Source of the DNA: an uncultured Desulfatitalea sp.
Lineage (GTDB): Bacteria; Desulfobacterota; Desulfobacteria; Desulfobacterales; Desulfosarcinaceae
DNA length: 64,000 nucleotides
Reading direction: 5' to 3'
Assembly (NCBI GenBank): GCA_963668675.2
Contig: CAXXMB010000002.1
Location: forward strand, 1,664,001-1,728,000
The position numbers and the translations under genes are program-made. Positions within the stretch are counted from its first letter, which is position 1. Every line of letters starts with the position of its first letter. Under the pieces are notes generated by a model that ran no database searches, was not told where the DNA came from, and saw only the letters and a list, made by a program, of their open reading frames with translations. Of this stretch, positions 1 through 9,312 are shown in pieces.

Positions 1-41
1 AAGCAAGTGTTTTAGACGCCGACTTTAAAATACTTCTCGTC

Positions 42-76
42 AAAAAACAAAGGGCGCCCTCAGACTGGGCGCCCTT
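42..76 (-). terminator. Intrinsic terminator downstream of the diguanylate cyclase
   Basis: 10-bp stem aagggcgccc/gggcgccctt with a 7-nt loop overlapping the stop codon, followed on the minus strand by tgttttttg. Confidence 0.8.
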
Positions 77-2216
77 AACCTTCAGCCTCCTGCTCCCACT
101 GAACGATTCGATTGCGTCCCTGTGCTTTGGCCATGTAAAGCGCCTTGTCCGCCTGCTCGATCAGCGTCTTGCCCGGAGCGTTGCTCTCCGGCACCATTGC
201 GGCCACACCGTAACTGAGAGAGATGTATTGCCCCACGGTTGACGACGGATGGACTATCTTGAGCTCCTCGATGGCGGCTTTGACCTCCCCGGCAACACGA
301 GCCGCACCCTGAAGGTCGGTGTTGGGCAGCACAAGGGCGAACTCTTCACCGCCATAGCGCGCCACCAGATCCATGGGGCGCTTGAGGATACCGCTGATGG
401 CCTGGGCTACGGCGCGTAAGGTTTCGTCGCCCTGCACATGTCCATAGGTGTCATTGTAGAGCTTGAAAAAGTCGATATCACATAGCATGACAGAAAGGTA
501 AGTGCCGTCCCGCCTTGCCCTGCGCCACTCTTCGGCCAGCCGTTCATCGAATCGGCGACGGTTGGCAATCTGGGTTAAATCATCGAGGGCGGCCAGCCGT
601 TGAAGCTCCTCGTTGGCCTTCTGCAGCGCCAGCTCGACCTGTTTGTACTTGCTGATATCGATCAGCGTGCCGAGGATGCGCAGCGCCGACCCCTTGTCGT
701 CGCGCTCCACCGTCCGCCCGCGCACCTGTACCCAGCGCCACTGGCCATCCTGTCCCAGCATGCGCAGTTCGACTTGAAAGGCCTCGTTTCCCCCTGTCGT
801 CAGCTTCTCGAACGTCTCCTTCAGAAAAGCCGCATCCTCGGGGTGCGCCAAGGTGGTCCAGGTCTCCATACTGGAGGGCAATTCGCCTAACTGGTAGCCG
901 AGCATGGCAAACCATCTCGGACTGAAGTAGATCTGCTCGACCTTGGGCAGATAGTCCCACAACCCCTCATCGGCGGAATCCATGGCGAGATTCAGGCGGC
1001 GTTCGTTTAGGTTCATAGCCTGCTCGGTACGCTTGCGCAGGAGCGCCTCCACGAAGATCCCGGTCAATGTCTCGATATCGTACCGATCCACCAGGGCGTA
1101 CCCCTTCGGGTTGTTGGCCAGAGCGATAAACCCGGACACCCCTGTATCCTTGGGCAGCGGCACGGCCAGCATCGTTTTGACCTCCGGGTAGCCTTCGGGG
1201 AAAGGTCGCCAGTCCTGCTGGAGATGACCGGGCTCAACCATGACCGGCTCACCCTCATGGGCCATCTTTCGCCAAAGCTCGTTGAAGAGAAACTTCTCTT
1301 CTTGCTGAACCTGAATCGTCTTTTGGTCGTCCTCTGCATCGAAAGCCACCACCTGCCAGTGGTTCTCCTGCTTTTCGACCATGAATGCAAACGGACTGGC
1401 CGTCAGGGATTGGGCGGCCTGCAGGTAGGTGCTGGCCAGGGCGTGTTCACTGCGATCGGTCAAGGTCTGCTGAAGCACCCGGTTGATGGCATCCAGCAGC
1501 TTGGACTTTCGCTCCGTCTGCTCTTCGGCCAGATCGCGCTCCAGCACTTCGAGCTGAAGGCGCTTGTTCGCATAGATCAAATCGGTCGTCCGCTCCTGCA
1601 CCAGCCGTTCCAGATCTGTCTTGTACTCGTCCAGTTCACTCTCGAGTCGCTGCAGCTTTGAGACGTCCCTGGAAAGGACGAGATTGTGGTAGCCCAGCAG
1701 GGCAATCTGTTCGGCCAGGTTGTTGATCCATGCCAGCACTTTTCTAAACTCCGTCTCGCTGCCTTGCGGGCACTGTTTCAACGTCTCCCAAAGTGTTGCG
1801 GCATCCAGCCCCAGTTTCGTCGCGTGCGCCTCGACCGATGCCTCGTCTAACAGTTCAACGCATACTTTGCTGATCCACCAATTGGCCAGATGTCGTTCCC
1901 GAACGATGATCGGAACGGCAGCCTTAATCACCCCTAGTGGCTCGCACTGTTGAAAGGATGGTTTTCTATCTCTCTTGACCCTTGCAGCAACGGACGTGAA
2001 GCGCTGGAGACAATTTTCTGCGCCCTGCTCATTCTGGCGGATAAGACTGCAAGCAGGCCGTTCGCCGCTGGTCATGGTAAGGGGATTTCCGTCGGGATCG
2101 GTAATGACCGACTCCACACCGCTGATCTCTGCGAGGGCATCCTGCAGCTGTTGCAGCTCTTCCAGAGGAATCAGGTCCAGCAGCGAAATACCGTCTGGAA
2201 ATGATCTCTCATCCAT
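75..2216 (-). CDS. Diguanylate cyclase with PocR, GAF, PAS and GGDEF domains
   Basis: N-terminal PocR-like pattern ([26 protein letters not shown]), GAF, PAS_3 ([17 protein letters not shown]), intact DIDFFK..NDTYGH..GD, RYGGEEF, and I-site RPMD; alternative start at 2243. Confidence 0.93.
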   Translation of the reverse strand: MDERSFPDGISLLDLIPLEELQQLQDALAEISGVESVITDPDGNPLTMTSGERPACSLIRQNEQGAENCLQRFTSVAARVKRDRKPSFQQCEPLGVIKAAVPIIVRERHLANWWISKVCVELLDEASVEAHATKLGLDAATLWETLKQCPQGSETEFRKVLAWINNLAEQIALLGYHNLVLSRDVSKLQRLESELDEYKTDLERLVQERTTDLIYANKRLQLEVLERDLAEEQTERKSKLLDAINRVLQQTLTDRSEHALASTYLQAAQSLTASPFAFMVEKQENHWQVVAFDAEDDQKTIQVQQEEKFLFNELWRKMAHEGEPVMVEPGHLQQDWRPFPEGYPEVKTMLAVPLPKDTGVSGFIALANNPKGYALVDRYDIETLTGIFVEALLRKRTEQAMNLNERRLNLAMDSADEGLWDYLPKVEQIYFSPRWFAMLGYQLGELPSSMETWTTLAHPEDAAFLKETFEKLTTGGNEAFQVELRMLGQDGQWRWVQVRGRTVERDDKGSALRILGTLIDISKYKQVELALQKANEELQRLAALDDLTQIANRRRFDERLAEEWRRARRDGTYLSVMLCDIDFFKLYNDTYGHVQGDETLRAVAQAISGILKRPMDLVARYGGEEFALVLPNTDLQGAARVAGEVKAAIEELKIVHPSSTVGQYISLSYGVAAMVPESNAPGKTLIEQADKALYMAKAQGRNRIVQWEQEAEG

Positions 2217-2470
2217 TCCACGATTATACGAACGTCCATCCATTCGAGTCGTTCCCGACAGCCAGGGTGGGTGGTGCCATGGCGCAGCCCTTCCTCCGGC
2301 CGCGTCGGTTCAACGCAAACGCCATTACAGCCCGGGAGAGTGGCCCCCCGGCATGCCGGCAGACTGCCTGCACAATACAGGGAAATCCACTGATATATTA
2401 GGCTCTATTTACGGAATCAGCCGCCGTTCACCCCATGTGCCGGCAACATCTTCCACCACCCCTACGCAAC

Positions 2471-2502
2471 AAAAAAACCGGATCGCCGCCAGGCAACCCG
2501 GT
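2471..2502 (-). terminator. Riboswitch expression-platform intrinsic terminator
   Basis: Minus strand accgggttgcc-tggc-ggcgatccggt followed by a T run, about 20 nt downstream of the aptamer. Confidence 0.8.
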
Positions 2503-2520
2503 AATGGAATAGCTTCTATT

Positions 2521-2596
2521 CCAGGCAGCCCGGCCATCCGCCAAAGCGGATCCGAAACTTTCCGTCCCCCGGTTACCCGAAGTTTGGCTTTTCTGG
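2521..2596 (-). ncRNA. c-di-GMP-I (GEMM-I) riboswitch aptamer
   Basis: Minus strand ccag-aaaa-GccAAAC-ttcgg-GTAA-ccggg-GGACGGAAAG-tttc-ggatccgc-tttg-gcggat-ggccgggctgCC-tgg. This matches the GEMM-I layout with a GNRA-capped P2, a covarying C21-G46 pair, G20 and C92 equivalents retained, and P1 ccag/ctgg. Confidence 0.88.
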
Positions 2597-2628
2597 TGAT
2601 CGATCTGAGTATCTATGGCCATATCCAT

Positions 2629-2644
2629 TGCAATGATGACGCCA
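2629..2644 (-). promoter_or_regulatory. Sigma54 -24/-12 promoter for the riboswitch-DGC transcript
   Basis: Minus strand TGGCGTcatcaTTGCA (GG-N10-GC), with predicted start about 20 nt before the aptamer; inverted repeat GTCGG-N12-CCGAC at 2732-2753 lies at typical activator distance. Confidence 0.6.
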
Positions 2645-2892
2645 AAACCAATTCAACCGGCCAAAAAATACCTAACTTTCTCAATTCATGACTTTAAACT
2701 GCGAACCGTGCGGTACACGCCTTAAAATGGTGTCGGCAAATTATGTAACCGACTACCCAATGACAATGAAATCTCTTTCCCACTTGCCCCCCTCTATACC
2801 ACACAGTGGTCGCTTTCCCAAACTGTCACTCCATCAGGAACCTATCTCACTAATATACTACCGTAATTATTCAAAGGAATCACCCTTCCCGC

Positions 2893-2921
2893 TTGACACC
2901 GGTTGGGCAACTCTTTATATA
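2893..2921 (+). promoter_or_regulatory. Candidate sigma70 promoter for mlaC-mlaA
   Basis: TTGACA-17 nt-TATATA. Confidence 0.45.
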
Positions 2922-3097
2922 TGGAGGGCGTTTGATCGCTGATCAAAATTAAAGTTTTATCAAAAATATCCGATAGGTGAGTTGTTATATAGGTGATGCG
3001 TGCGGACACGGGACCGATGACGAGCAGGGAAGAACTGGTATGGGCTTTGCTTGCCTCAACACGGACCCGACATCTTCCGAAGCGAAAGGAGCTCCAC

Positions 3098-3721
3098 ATG
3101 GTGTTTAAACGATGGGCGGTCGCCCTGATTATATGGTGCCTGTCGGTCGGCACGGTCGTGGCAAGCAATACGGTGCCGACGCCGCTTAACACGATCAAGG
3201 AGCGGATCGACCAGATCATCACCGTTCTGAACGACCCACAATACCAGACGCCCGGCCAGAGGGGGCCTCAAAGAGAAAAGATATGGGAGATATCCCATCC
3301 GATGTTCGACTTTGAGGAGATCAGCCGCCGGACAGTGGGGCCCAAATGGAAAACGTTTTCTGAAGAGGAGAAGGTAAAATTCACCGACGTCTTTTCGGCG
3401 TTTCTCAGCAACACCTATATCGACAAGATGCAGGGAGAGTACCATAACGAACATATTGTCTACCTCAAAGAGCTCGTCAAGGAGCCGCTCGCACTGGTTC
3501 GGACCAAGCTGGTTCGGGAAACTGTCGAGATCCCGATCGATTACCGGTTGAGACTTGATGGCAGTCAATGGAAAATCTACGATATTCTGGTGGAAAACGG
3601 GGTCAGCCTGGTTCAAAACTACCGCGTGCAGTTCCGGTCTATCCTTGAGAAGGAGACACCCGCCGAACTGATCCAGCGACTGGAAGTCAAACTGAAAACA
3701 CAAAATCAAGCCGCGCAGTAG
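3098..3721 (+). CDS. mlaC: MlaC/Ttg2D periplasmic phospholipid-binding protein
   Basis: Signal peptide, FDFEEISRRTVG..W, IDYRL..WKIYDILVENGVSLVQNYR.QF; aaggag RBS before ATG 3098. Confidence 0.88.
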   Translation: MVFKRWAVALIIWCLSVGTVVASNTVPTPLNTIKERIDQIITVLNDPQYQTPGQRGPQREKIWEISHPMFDFEEISRRTVGPKWKTFSEEEKVKFTDVFSAFLSNTYIDKMQGEYHNEHIVYLKELVKEPLALVRTKLVRETVEIPIDYRLRLDGSQWKIYDILVENGVSLVQNYRVQFRSILEKETPAELIQRLEVKLKTQNQAAQ

Positions 3722-3762
3722 CCGCCACTTCTGCCCTGTGATAGGAATCGAACCGCCCTGAC

Positions 3763-4620
3763 ATGAACAAACCGCCACATATCAGCGCCACACTGATGGT
3801 TGTCGTACTTCTCCTCCTCATCGGATGCGCCGGAGCCAAAAAATCGAGCCGTCTCGATTCGGAGATGCAGCCACCGGAGTACACCCAACCCTCATCATCA
3901 GCATCCGCTGACGACTCGGATGCAGACAACACTCAGAAGAGCGAACTGAGCGATGAGGAGTTGCTGCTTCTGGACGATGACCTGGGCTGGGACGAAGAAT
4001 CGGCCGAAGAGATTTACACGGTGGCCGACCCCCTTGAACCGTTCAACCGGGCCATGTTCATTTTTAACGACAAGCTCTACGTCTGGGTCATGATACCGGT
4101 TGCCAAAGGGTACAGCAAGGTGGTGGAACCTCAAATCCGAACGGGTGTGAAGAACTTCTTCTTCAACATCACCGCTCCGATACGGATCATCAACAACATC
4201 CTGCAGGGCAAAGGGCAGGCCGCCGAAGCGGAGATCGCCAGATTTCTCTACAACTCGACCGTCGGCGTGCTTGGATTCGGCAATCCGGCGGGAAAAAATG
4301 CCGGCCTTAATCCCGACCCGGAAGATTTCGGCCAGACACTGGGCCGCTACGGCATAGGAGATGGCTTCTATCTCTACCTGCCCTTTCTGGGCCCCTCTAC
4401 ACTGCGCGATACGGTGGGCATGGTGGGTGACCGCTGGATCAGCCCACTCGGTTTCGTCGAGCCATGGGAAGTATCGCTGGGCGTCACCGGCTACAATATC
4501 CTGAACAATCTCTCCTTCCGAACCGACGACTACGAAGCACTCAAAGAAGCCGCCCTCGATCCCTACGAGGCCTTCCGCAATGCCTACGTTCAGTTGAGGC
4601 AATCGAAAATCAGAAGATAG
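3763..4620 (+). CDS. mlaA: MlaA/VacJ family lipoprotein
   Basis: Lipobox LIGC, DPLEPFNRAMF.FND, EDFGQTLG.YG, LPFLGPSTLRD. Confidence 0.92.
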   Translation: MNKPPHISATLMVVVLLLLIGCAGAKKSSRLDSEMQPPEYTQPSSSASADDSDADNTQKSELSDEELLLLDDDLGWDEESAEEIYTVADPLEPFNRAMFIFNDKLYVWVMIPVAKGYSKVVEPQIRTGVKNFFFNITAPIRIINNILQGKGQAAEAEIARFLYNSTVGVLGFGNPAGKNAGLNPDPEDFGQTLGRYGIGDGFYLYLPFLGPSTLRDTVGMVGDRWISPLGFVEPWEVSLGVTGYNILNNLSFRTDDYEALKEAALDPYEAFRNAYVQLRQSKIRR

Positions 4621-5680
4621 TGGATCTGAACCTGAACCGCACCGACACCGGCAGTCCATGAATCCACTGAATGTCCGGCAGCGGTTCAATCAGGTCCAAT
4701 CGCACCATCAGCATCATATCCCGCGATCCAATGGGAGAGGTCAAATCAGACGGCAGTCTTCGGGCCAGGCCGGCATCTTCGCGCACAACCGCCTCAAGGC
4801 GTGTCCCGTCGGAAAACTTGACCACCGCCTCCGCGCCTTTACGCGCATAATCGGCATATTTGGGTTCAAGATACGCCTCCACATATGGTGTTTCCGCTCG
4901 GCCAAGCAGCAGGATCGGTACGCCGTTGGACAGGGACTCGCCTTCCCGGGCCAGTACATCCAACACCCGGCCGGCAAACGGTGAGGTTTGAACCAATCGC
5001 TCCTGATCCCGTTCCAGTGATTCAATCTGAGCTTCGATTCTCTTCCGCGCCACCTCACGAGAGCGATCGCCATTGGCGGCTGTTTGACCGCTTCCATCGG
5101 TTAAGCGCCTGTAGTCGTAAAGGGCCTCGTCATATTCAATCTGAGTCCGGTTGCGGCGCTCCCTGGCCAGATTCAACTCCGCCACCGTAGCCGCCCCTTG
5201 TCCAAAGAGAAAATCCACATTGTTATGGTACGCTTTGGCCACCGATACGTTTTCTTCAGCCAAGGCAACTCTTCTTTTCAGCAGATCGACCTGGGCGGAC
5301 CCGGCCATCAACTCTTCCGGCGACAGAGCGCTCAATTCTGCACGGCGCAGCATCATTTGAGACACCAGATGCGGATTGAACAAACGAACCACTGTTTCCC
5401 CGGCTCCAATATCCTGACCGACCTGCACATACACATGATCGACGACCCCGTCGGCCTTGCTGTTGATCTCGACCTGATCCATGGTGATATAGCCCGGTGC
5501 AGCGACAATCATCCAAGCCAAACCCAGCTTGATCAGGAAGTAAATCAACGGACTGGAGACCAGCAGAAGAATGATATACCAGCGCAGCTTGGCCGCGTGC
5601 CGTTTGGCCGGTGCATAGGGCACCTTCATGCCGTGGACGACAGTGGGATCTTTCTCTTTTCGTAAAAAACTTACTTTCAT
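4610..5680 (-). CDS. HlyD-family membrane fusion (periplasmic adaptor) protein
   Basis: Single N-terminal TM, lipoyl half-motifs (GVVDHVYVQVGQDI.AG; SPFAGRVLDV..REGESL..G), coiled-coil hairpin; ATGA overlap with the upstream gene. Confidence 0.85.
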   Translation of the reverse strand: MKVSFLRKEKDPTVVHGMKVPYAPAKRHAAKLRWYIILLLVSSPLIYFLIKLGLAWMIVAAPGYITMDQVEINSKADGVVDHVYVQVGQDIGAGETVVRLFNPHLVSQMMLRRAELSALSPEELMAGSAQVDLLKRRVALAEENVSVAKAYHNNVDFLFGQGAATVAELNLARERRNRTQIEYDEALYDYRRLTDGSGQTAANGDRSREVARKRIEAQIESLERDQERLVQTSPFAGRVLDVLAREGESLSNGVPILLLGRAETPYVEAYLEPKYADYARKGAEAVVKFSDGTRLEAVVREDAGLARRLPSDLTSPIGSRDMMLMVRLDLIEPLPDIQWIHGLPVSVRFRFRSTIF

Positions 5681-7935
5681 GGCTGCATCTCTTCATACTC
5701 GGCCCATGACTGAACCAGGAGGGTGTGAAAATTGGGATAATTCAATACGGACTGCAGGTGACGCATGTGGCCCAGGAATTCACTTCGTGATCGGGTGGCA
5801 TGGCTCTCTTCGGGCGCTAATGCAGACTCGACGCTCTGGGCGATTGCAAAGTCAACCGTAGGGTAATGTTGCAGGATCGGCTCGGCGATGCGCACCACCC
5901 GATCCGGATTGGCGTTGTAGATCATCAAGGCGACCTCGGCAACACCGATGGCCTCGAAATCGCCGCCCAACCCCCCGTCCCGTCGGGTGGGATCAAGGTA
6001 ACGGTAATGGACACTGATCCCCAGAGGAAGGTCGCTGACAGCCTTCACGGCCCTGACGCTCTGCAGCAGCTGATCCAGCAGGTACGTCTCGCTAAGTCCG
6101 AGGTGTGCCAGCTGGTGGGGTTCCAGATCCAGATGAATCCCCTGAAAAGGCAGCGTGGTCAGCCGCTGGACCACGTCCAACAGGCCACTCCTGTGATCGG
6201 GCAGTATCCAGAGCGGCTCTCCCAGAAGCAAATCGACCCGCACGCCTCGGCGCTTCGCCGCGACAATAAGGGTGTGCCATCGCTCACTATAGGCACGGGT
6301 GCCCAGCGCATCGATCTGATCCCTCGTATAGGATACAAGCAAACGATCGATATGGCGATCGATCAAATCAGCCATCAGATCGGGGTTCGTTTCAAAACGA
6401 TCCAGCAAACGCGCGCTGTCCCACGCATACACCGCCAACCTGGGGACAGGGCGAGACGAATCGCGTTCTTCTGCCATCGGCCTCGCAGCCCGGGATCCAT
6501 CCCAGGCATACAGATCGTCCGTCGTGCGGCCCGGCCAGGGAGTCACTCGATTCGATACATCCAAATCACCAGCCGTCCCGGTACCCTCTCCCTGGCCAGG
6601 GAGTGCAGCGACCGGAACCAGACTCAGCAGTCTCGCCTGCTGCTGCAGGCGGAAGGCGAAGGCGTCGATGCTCTCCACGGCCGCCTTATAATAATCGAAA
6701 CGGCTCTTTTGCAGCTGTTCAACCACATCTCCGGTCAAATAGGCATATCGCAGAAGGTTTTCGCGAACCGCCTCCCTGGCGGCCGACAGGCGCTGAACGG
6801 TAAAGGCAATCTGGTTCTTGGCGGATAGGTACTGCCCGAGGATCTCCCGGGCATCTCCCCACAACTGAAACCGCATGGCCGCCATCTGTTGTTTGGCCTT
6901 CTCCAGGGCGGCGCGTGCCGCCCTCCTTTTAGCTGAGGCGGCTTGTCGGACCTTGAGCGGAAAATCGAAATTCACATTTACCCCAACCCCATATCCCGGT
7001 TCACCGGAATTGAATTCTGAAGAGACGCTCGAATAAACCGCAACATGCCCGTTGGCTTGAGACTTGTCGGCCAACGCGACCAGCATTTTTTGATCCTCTA
7101 GTACATCGTTGGCCATCAGCATCCGGGGGTGCTGCTCTGTGATCAAGGCCTCCAGCAACTGTTCGTCCGAGCAGGGCACGGGCACGGCAGGATAGGCCGC
7201 CTTGAACGGTTCAACCGCATCGCCGACCATAAAGCGCAGTGCGCCCAAGGCTCGGTGCTTTAACGCCTGCGATCGCGCCAGATCACGATGGACAAGGGCA
7301 AACTGGGACATAAGGGCCTGGCGGTCGGAATCACGCAAATGGCCGGTCGAAGCGCGCTCCCTGAGTGTGTGGTCCATCTCGGCTCGATTCTGCAAAAACC
7401 GCTCGGCCACTTGTGACTTCTCCTGGGCACTCCAGTAGTTGATATAGTGCATCCGCACAGCGAGCACTGTTTGCCGGATCGTCAGTTCATTCTCGTGCGC
7501 TTTGCCTCTAACTTCGCTCTGCATTTTAACGCTCTGTTCCTGCTCTTTGTTACGCGCCCCCAGGAGCGGATATCTCAAGCCGGCTCTGACGTTGAGGCGC
7601 TGGTAGGAGCGCATATCGTCATCGGTGACCTGCTCACGATATTGACCGACATCGCCTCCTGCGAAAATGCGCCAGCCGCTTTGCGCTTCAACCTGGGTCT
7701 GTGTGTACAGATACTCCTCCAATTCAGCGGCAGCAGCCAGGACCTCCGGTGCACGGGCGGTCGCCGCTTCGAACTCGGACAGATAGCGAACAGCCATTTC
7801 GGACCGACCGGGATCCGGGATCGCAACAGGATCGGCAGCGGCGATGCGGGCAATGGCGAACCACACCAATCCCGCCGCAAAAACCGCCTGGCGCCATTTG
7901 CTTCTCTTCCCGAATCTAGGATTCCCGATCGCCAT
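5677..7935 (-). CDS. TolC-family outer-membrane channel fused to a C-terminal GH18-like TIM-barrel domain
   Basis: Signal peptide; two TolC/OEP repeats with beta-strand motifs (VRAGLRYPLLG, VGVNVNFDFPL); after a linker, an alpha/beta domain with LLLGEPLW and FQGIHLDLEP. Confidence 0.7.
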   Translation of the reverse strand: MAIGNPRFGKRSKWRQAVFAAGLVWFAIARIAAADPVAIPDPGRSEMAVRYLSEFEAATARAPEVLAAAAELEEYLYTQTQVEAQSGWRIFAGGDVGQYREQVTDDDMRSYQRLNVRAGLRYPLLGARNKEQEQSVKMQSEVRGKAHENELTIRQTVLAVRMHYINYWSAQEKSQVAERFLQNRAEMDHTLRERASTGHLRDSDRQALMSQFALVHRDLARSQALKHRALGALRFMVGDAVEPFKAAYPAVPVPCSDEQLLEALITEQHPRMLMANDVLEDQKMLVALADKSQANGHVAVYSSVSSEFNSGEPGYGVGVNVNFDFPLKVRQAASAKRRAARAALEKAKQQMAAMRFQLWGDAREILGQYLSAKNQIAFTVQRLSAAREAVRENLLRYAYLTGDVVEQLQKSRFDYYKAAVESIDAFAFRLQQQARLLSLVPVAALPGQGEGTGTAGDLDVSNRVTPWPGRTTDDLYAWDGSRAARPMAEERDSSRPVPRLAVYAWDSARLLDRFETNPDLMADLIDRHIDRLLVSYTRDQIDALGTRAYSERWHTLIVAAKRRGVRVDLLLGEPLWILPDHRSGLLDVVQRLTTLPFQGIHLDLEPHQLAHLGLSETYLLDQLLQSVRAVKAVSDLPLGISVHYRYLDPTRRDGGLGGDFEAIGVAEVALMIYNANPDRVVRIAEPILQHYPTVDFAIAQSVESALAPEESHATRSRSEFLGHMRHLQSVLNYPNFHTLLVQSWAEYEEMQP

Positions 7936-7974
7936 ATCCGTATCCCGCTTTACGATGCCTATCCGCCCAGTCCA

Positions 7975-9312
7975 TTAGAATTTTGTCTTTTTCAATACCC
8001 ACCAGGGTGCCATGGACGAATCCAGGTGGGACCGCAAGACGATCTCCTTCAAGGTGGCCAACGCATTCCACACGCGCAAGCCAAAGGTGTAAAACGGCAC
8101 CAGCGGAATGAGCCATAACGACCGCATGTCCTCTCCCGGCCGATCTGAGAGCATACCGACATACAAAAGAAAAAAGGCCAGGGTAATCCCAAGGTAGACC
8201 AAATACACCAGGATCCATACGGCCAGCAGAAAGCCTGGGGAGTACAGGGTGAATACCACCATGCTGTAGCAAATGATGATAAACGGCATCACCAGTTGAA
8301 AGAAGATCCCTGTCCACAGCTGCATGAAGAAATTCCGCCATCCGAATAGCCGAGGGTTGAAGCTCAGAGCGTGTTTGCGGATGTAAAGGTAGTACAAATC
8401 TCCGTCCCAGCGCATGCGTTGGTCGAACAGCCCCCTCCATGTCTCAGGTGCATCCGTATGGCCCATGGCACGGGGTTCGAATACGATTTTCAACCCCGGA
8501 TAACGACCGAAGTAATTCTTGATGCGCATGGTGATATCGAGATCCTCGGCCGTGCCGGCGTCCCAGCCGCCGATCTGTTCGATGAATCGCTTTCGAAATA
8601 TGCCGAAAGCGCCTGAGATGTTGTTGACCACATTGAACTCACTCAGCCCCACCTTGCTGGCGTGGATAGACAACATGTATTCGAGCGCTTGAAACCGGGT
8701 GACCAGATTTTTGGAGGCGTTGCGTACTCGCAGGCTGCCGGCAACACCCACCACACGCTCGTCGTGAAAGCGTGCAACGGCAGCCTGGACCATCGTGTTG
8801 TCAAAGGAGGTGTCCCCGTCCAGGGCCATCACGATATCACCGGTGGCCAACGCCAAACCGGCGTTGAGAGAAGAGACCCTCCCACCGCGCTGCCACTTGG
8901 GGACCACGCGCAGGATACGATGGGGGCGCTGCTGTATATAATGCTTCAATTTCAAAGCCGCTTTGTAGGTGTCCTCGTTTTGCACCGCACCATCGACAAT
9001 AGGGATGATTTCGATCTTTCCGGGGTAGATCTGTTCGGCCAGGGTTCGGATGGTCAGTCCGACATCTTCGCCCTCTGAATAGCAGGTGACCAGGCATGAG
9101 ACGGTCGGGGTGTAAAATTGGCGTTTGCTGACGGAGGGCACTTCACGCAGACCGTAACGGATGATCCCCAACATGATAAACACGTAGACCGGTAATTCGA
9201 AAAAGAGAACATAGGGAATGAATTTCAGGGCGAACGCCATCATCCCGTGATCGAACGGACTGGACAGAAGCAATCTGAGCGTATGCAGCATTTCGGCCAG
9301 CATGTCCATCAT
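7975..9312 (-). CDS. Processive GT2 polysaccharide synthase (PgaC/IcaA/HAS-like)
   Basis: D,DxD,D,QxxRW signature (VDG, LDGD, AEDLD, QRMRW), ISGAFGIFR, N- and C-terminal TM helices. Confidence 0.9.
   Translation of the reverse strand: MMDMLAEMLHTLRLLLSSPFDHGMMAFALKFIPYVLFFELPVYVFIMLGIIRYGLREVPSVSKRQFYTPTVSCLVTCYSEGEDVGLTIRTLAEQIYPGKIEIIPIVDGAVQNEDTYKAALKLKHYIQQRPHRILRVVPKWQRGGRVSSLNAGLALATGDIVMALDGDTSFDNTMVQAAVARFHDERVVGVAGSLRVRNASKNLVTRFQALEYMLSIHASKVGLSEFNVVNNISGAFGIFRKRFIEQIGGWDAGTAEDLDITMRIKNYFGRYPGLKIVFEPRAMGHTDAPETWRGLFDQRMRWDGDLYYLYIRKHALSFNPRLFGWRNFFMQLWTGIFFQLVMPFIIICYSMVVFTLYSPGFLLAVWILVYLVYLGITLAFFLLYVGMLSDRPGEDMRSLWLIPLVPFYTFGLRVWNALATLKEIVLRSHLDSSMAPWWVLKKTKF

Noticed and set aside
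75..2596. cGAMP signalling pair (Hypr GGDEF plus GEMM-Ib riboswitch)
   Set aside because: The riboswitch has G at the position-20 equivalent (2588) and the cyclase keeps the canonical Asp in GHVQGD, both indicating c-di-GMP
3098..4620. mlaC-mlaA as part of the polysaccharide system
   Set aside because: Opposite strand with its own promoter; the 11-bp convergent overlap with hlyD is not evidence of shared function
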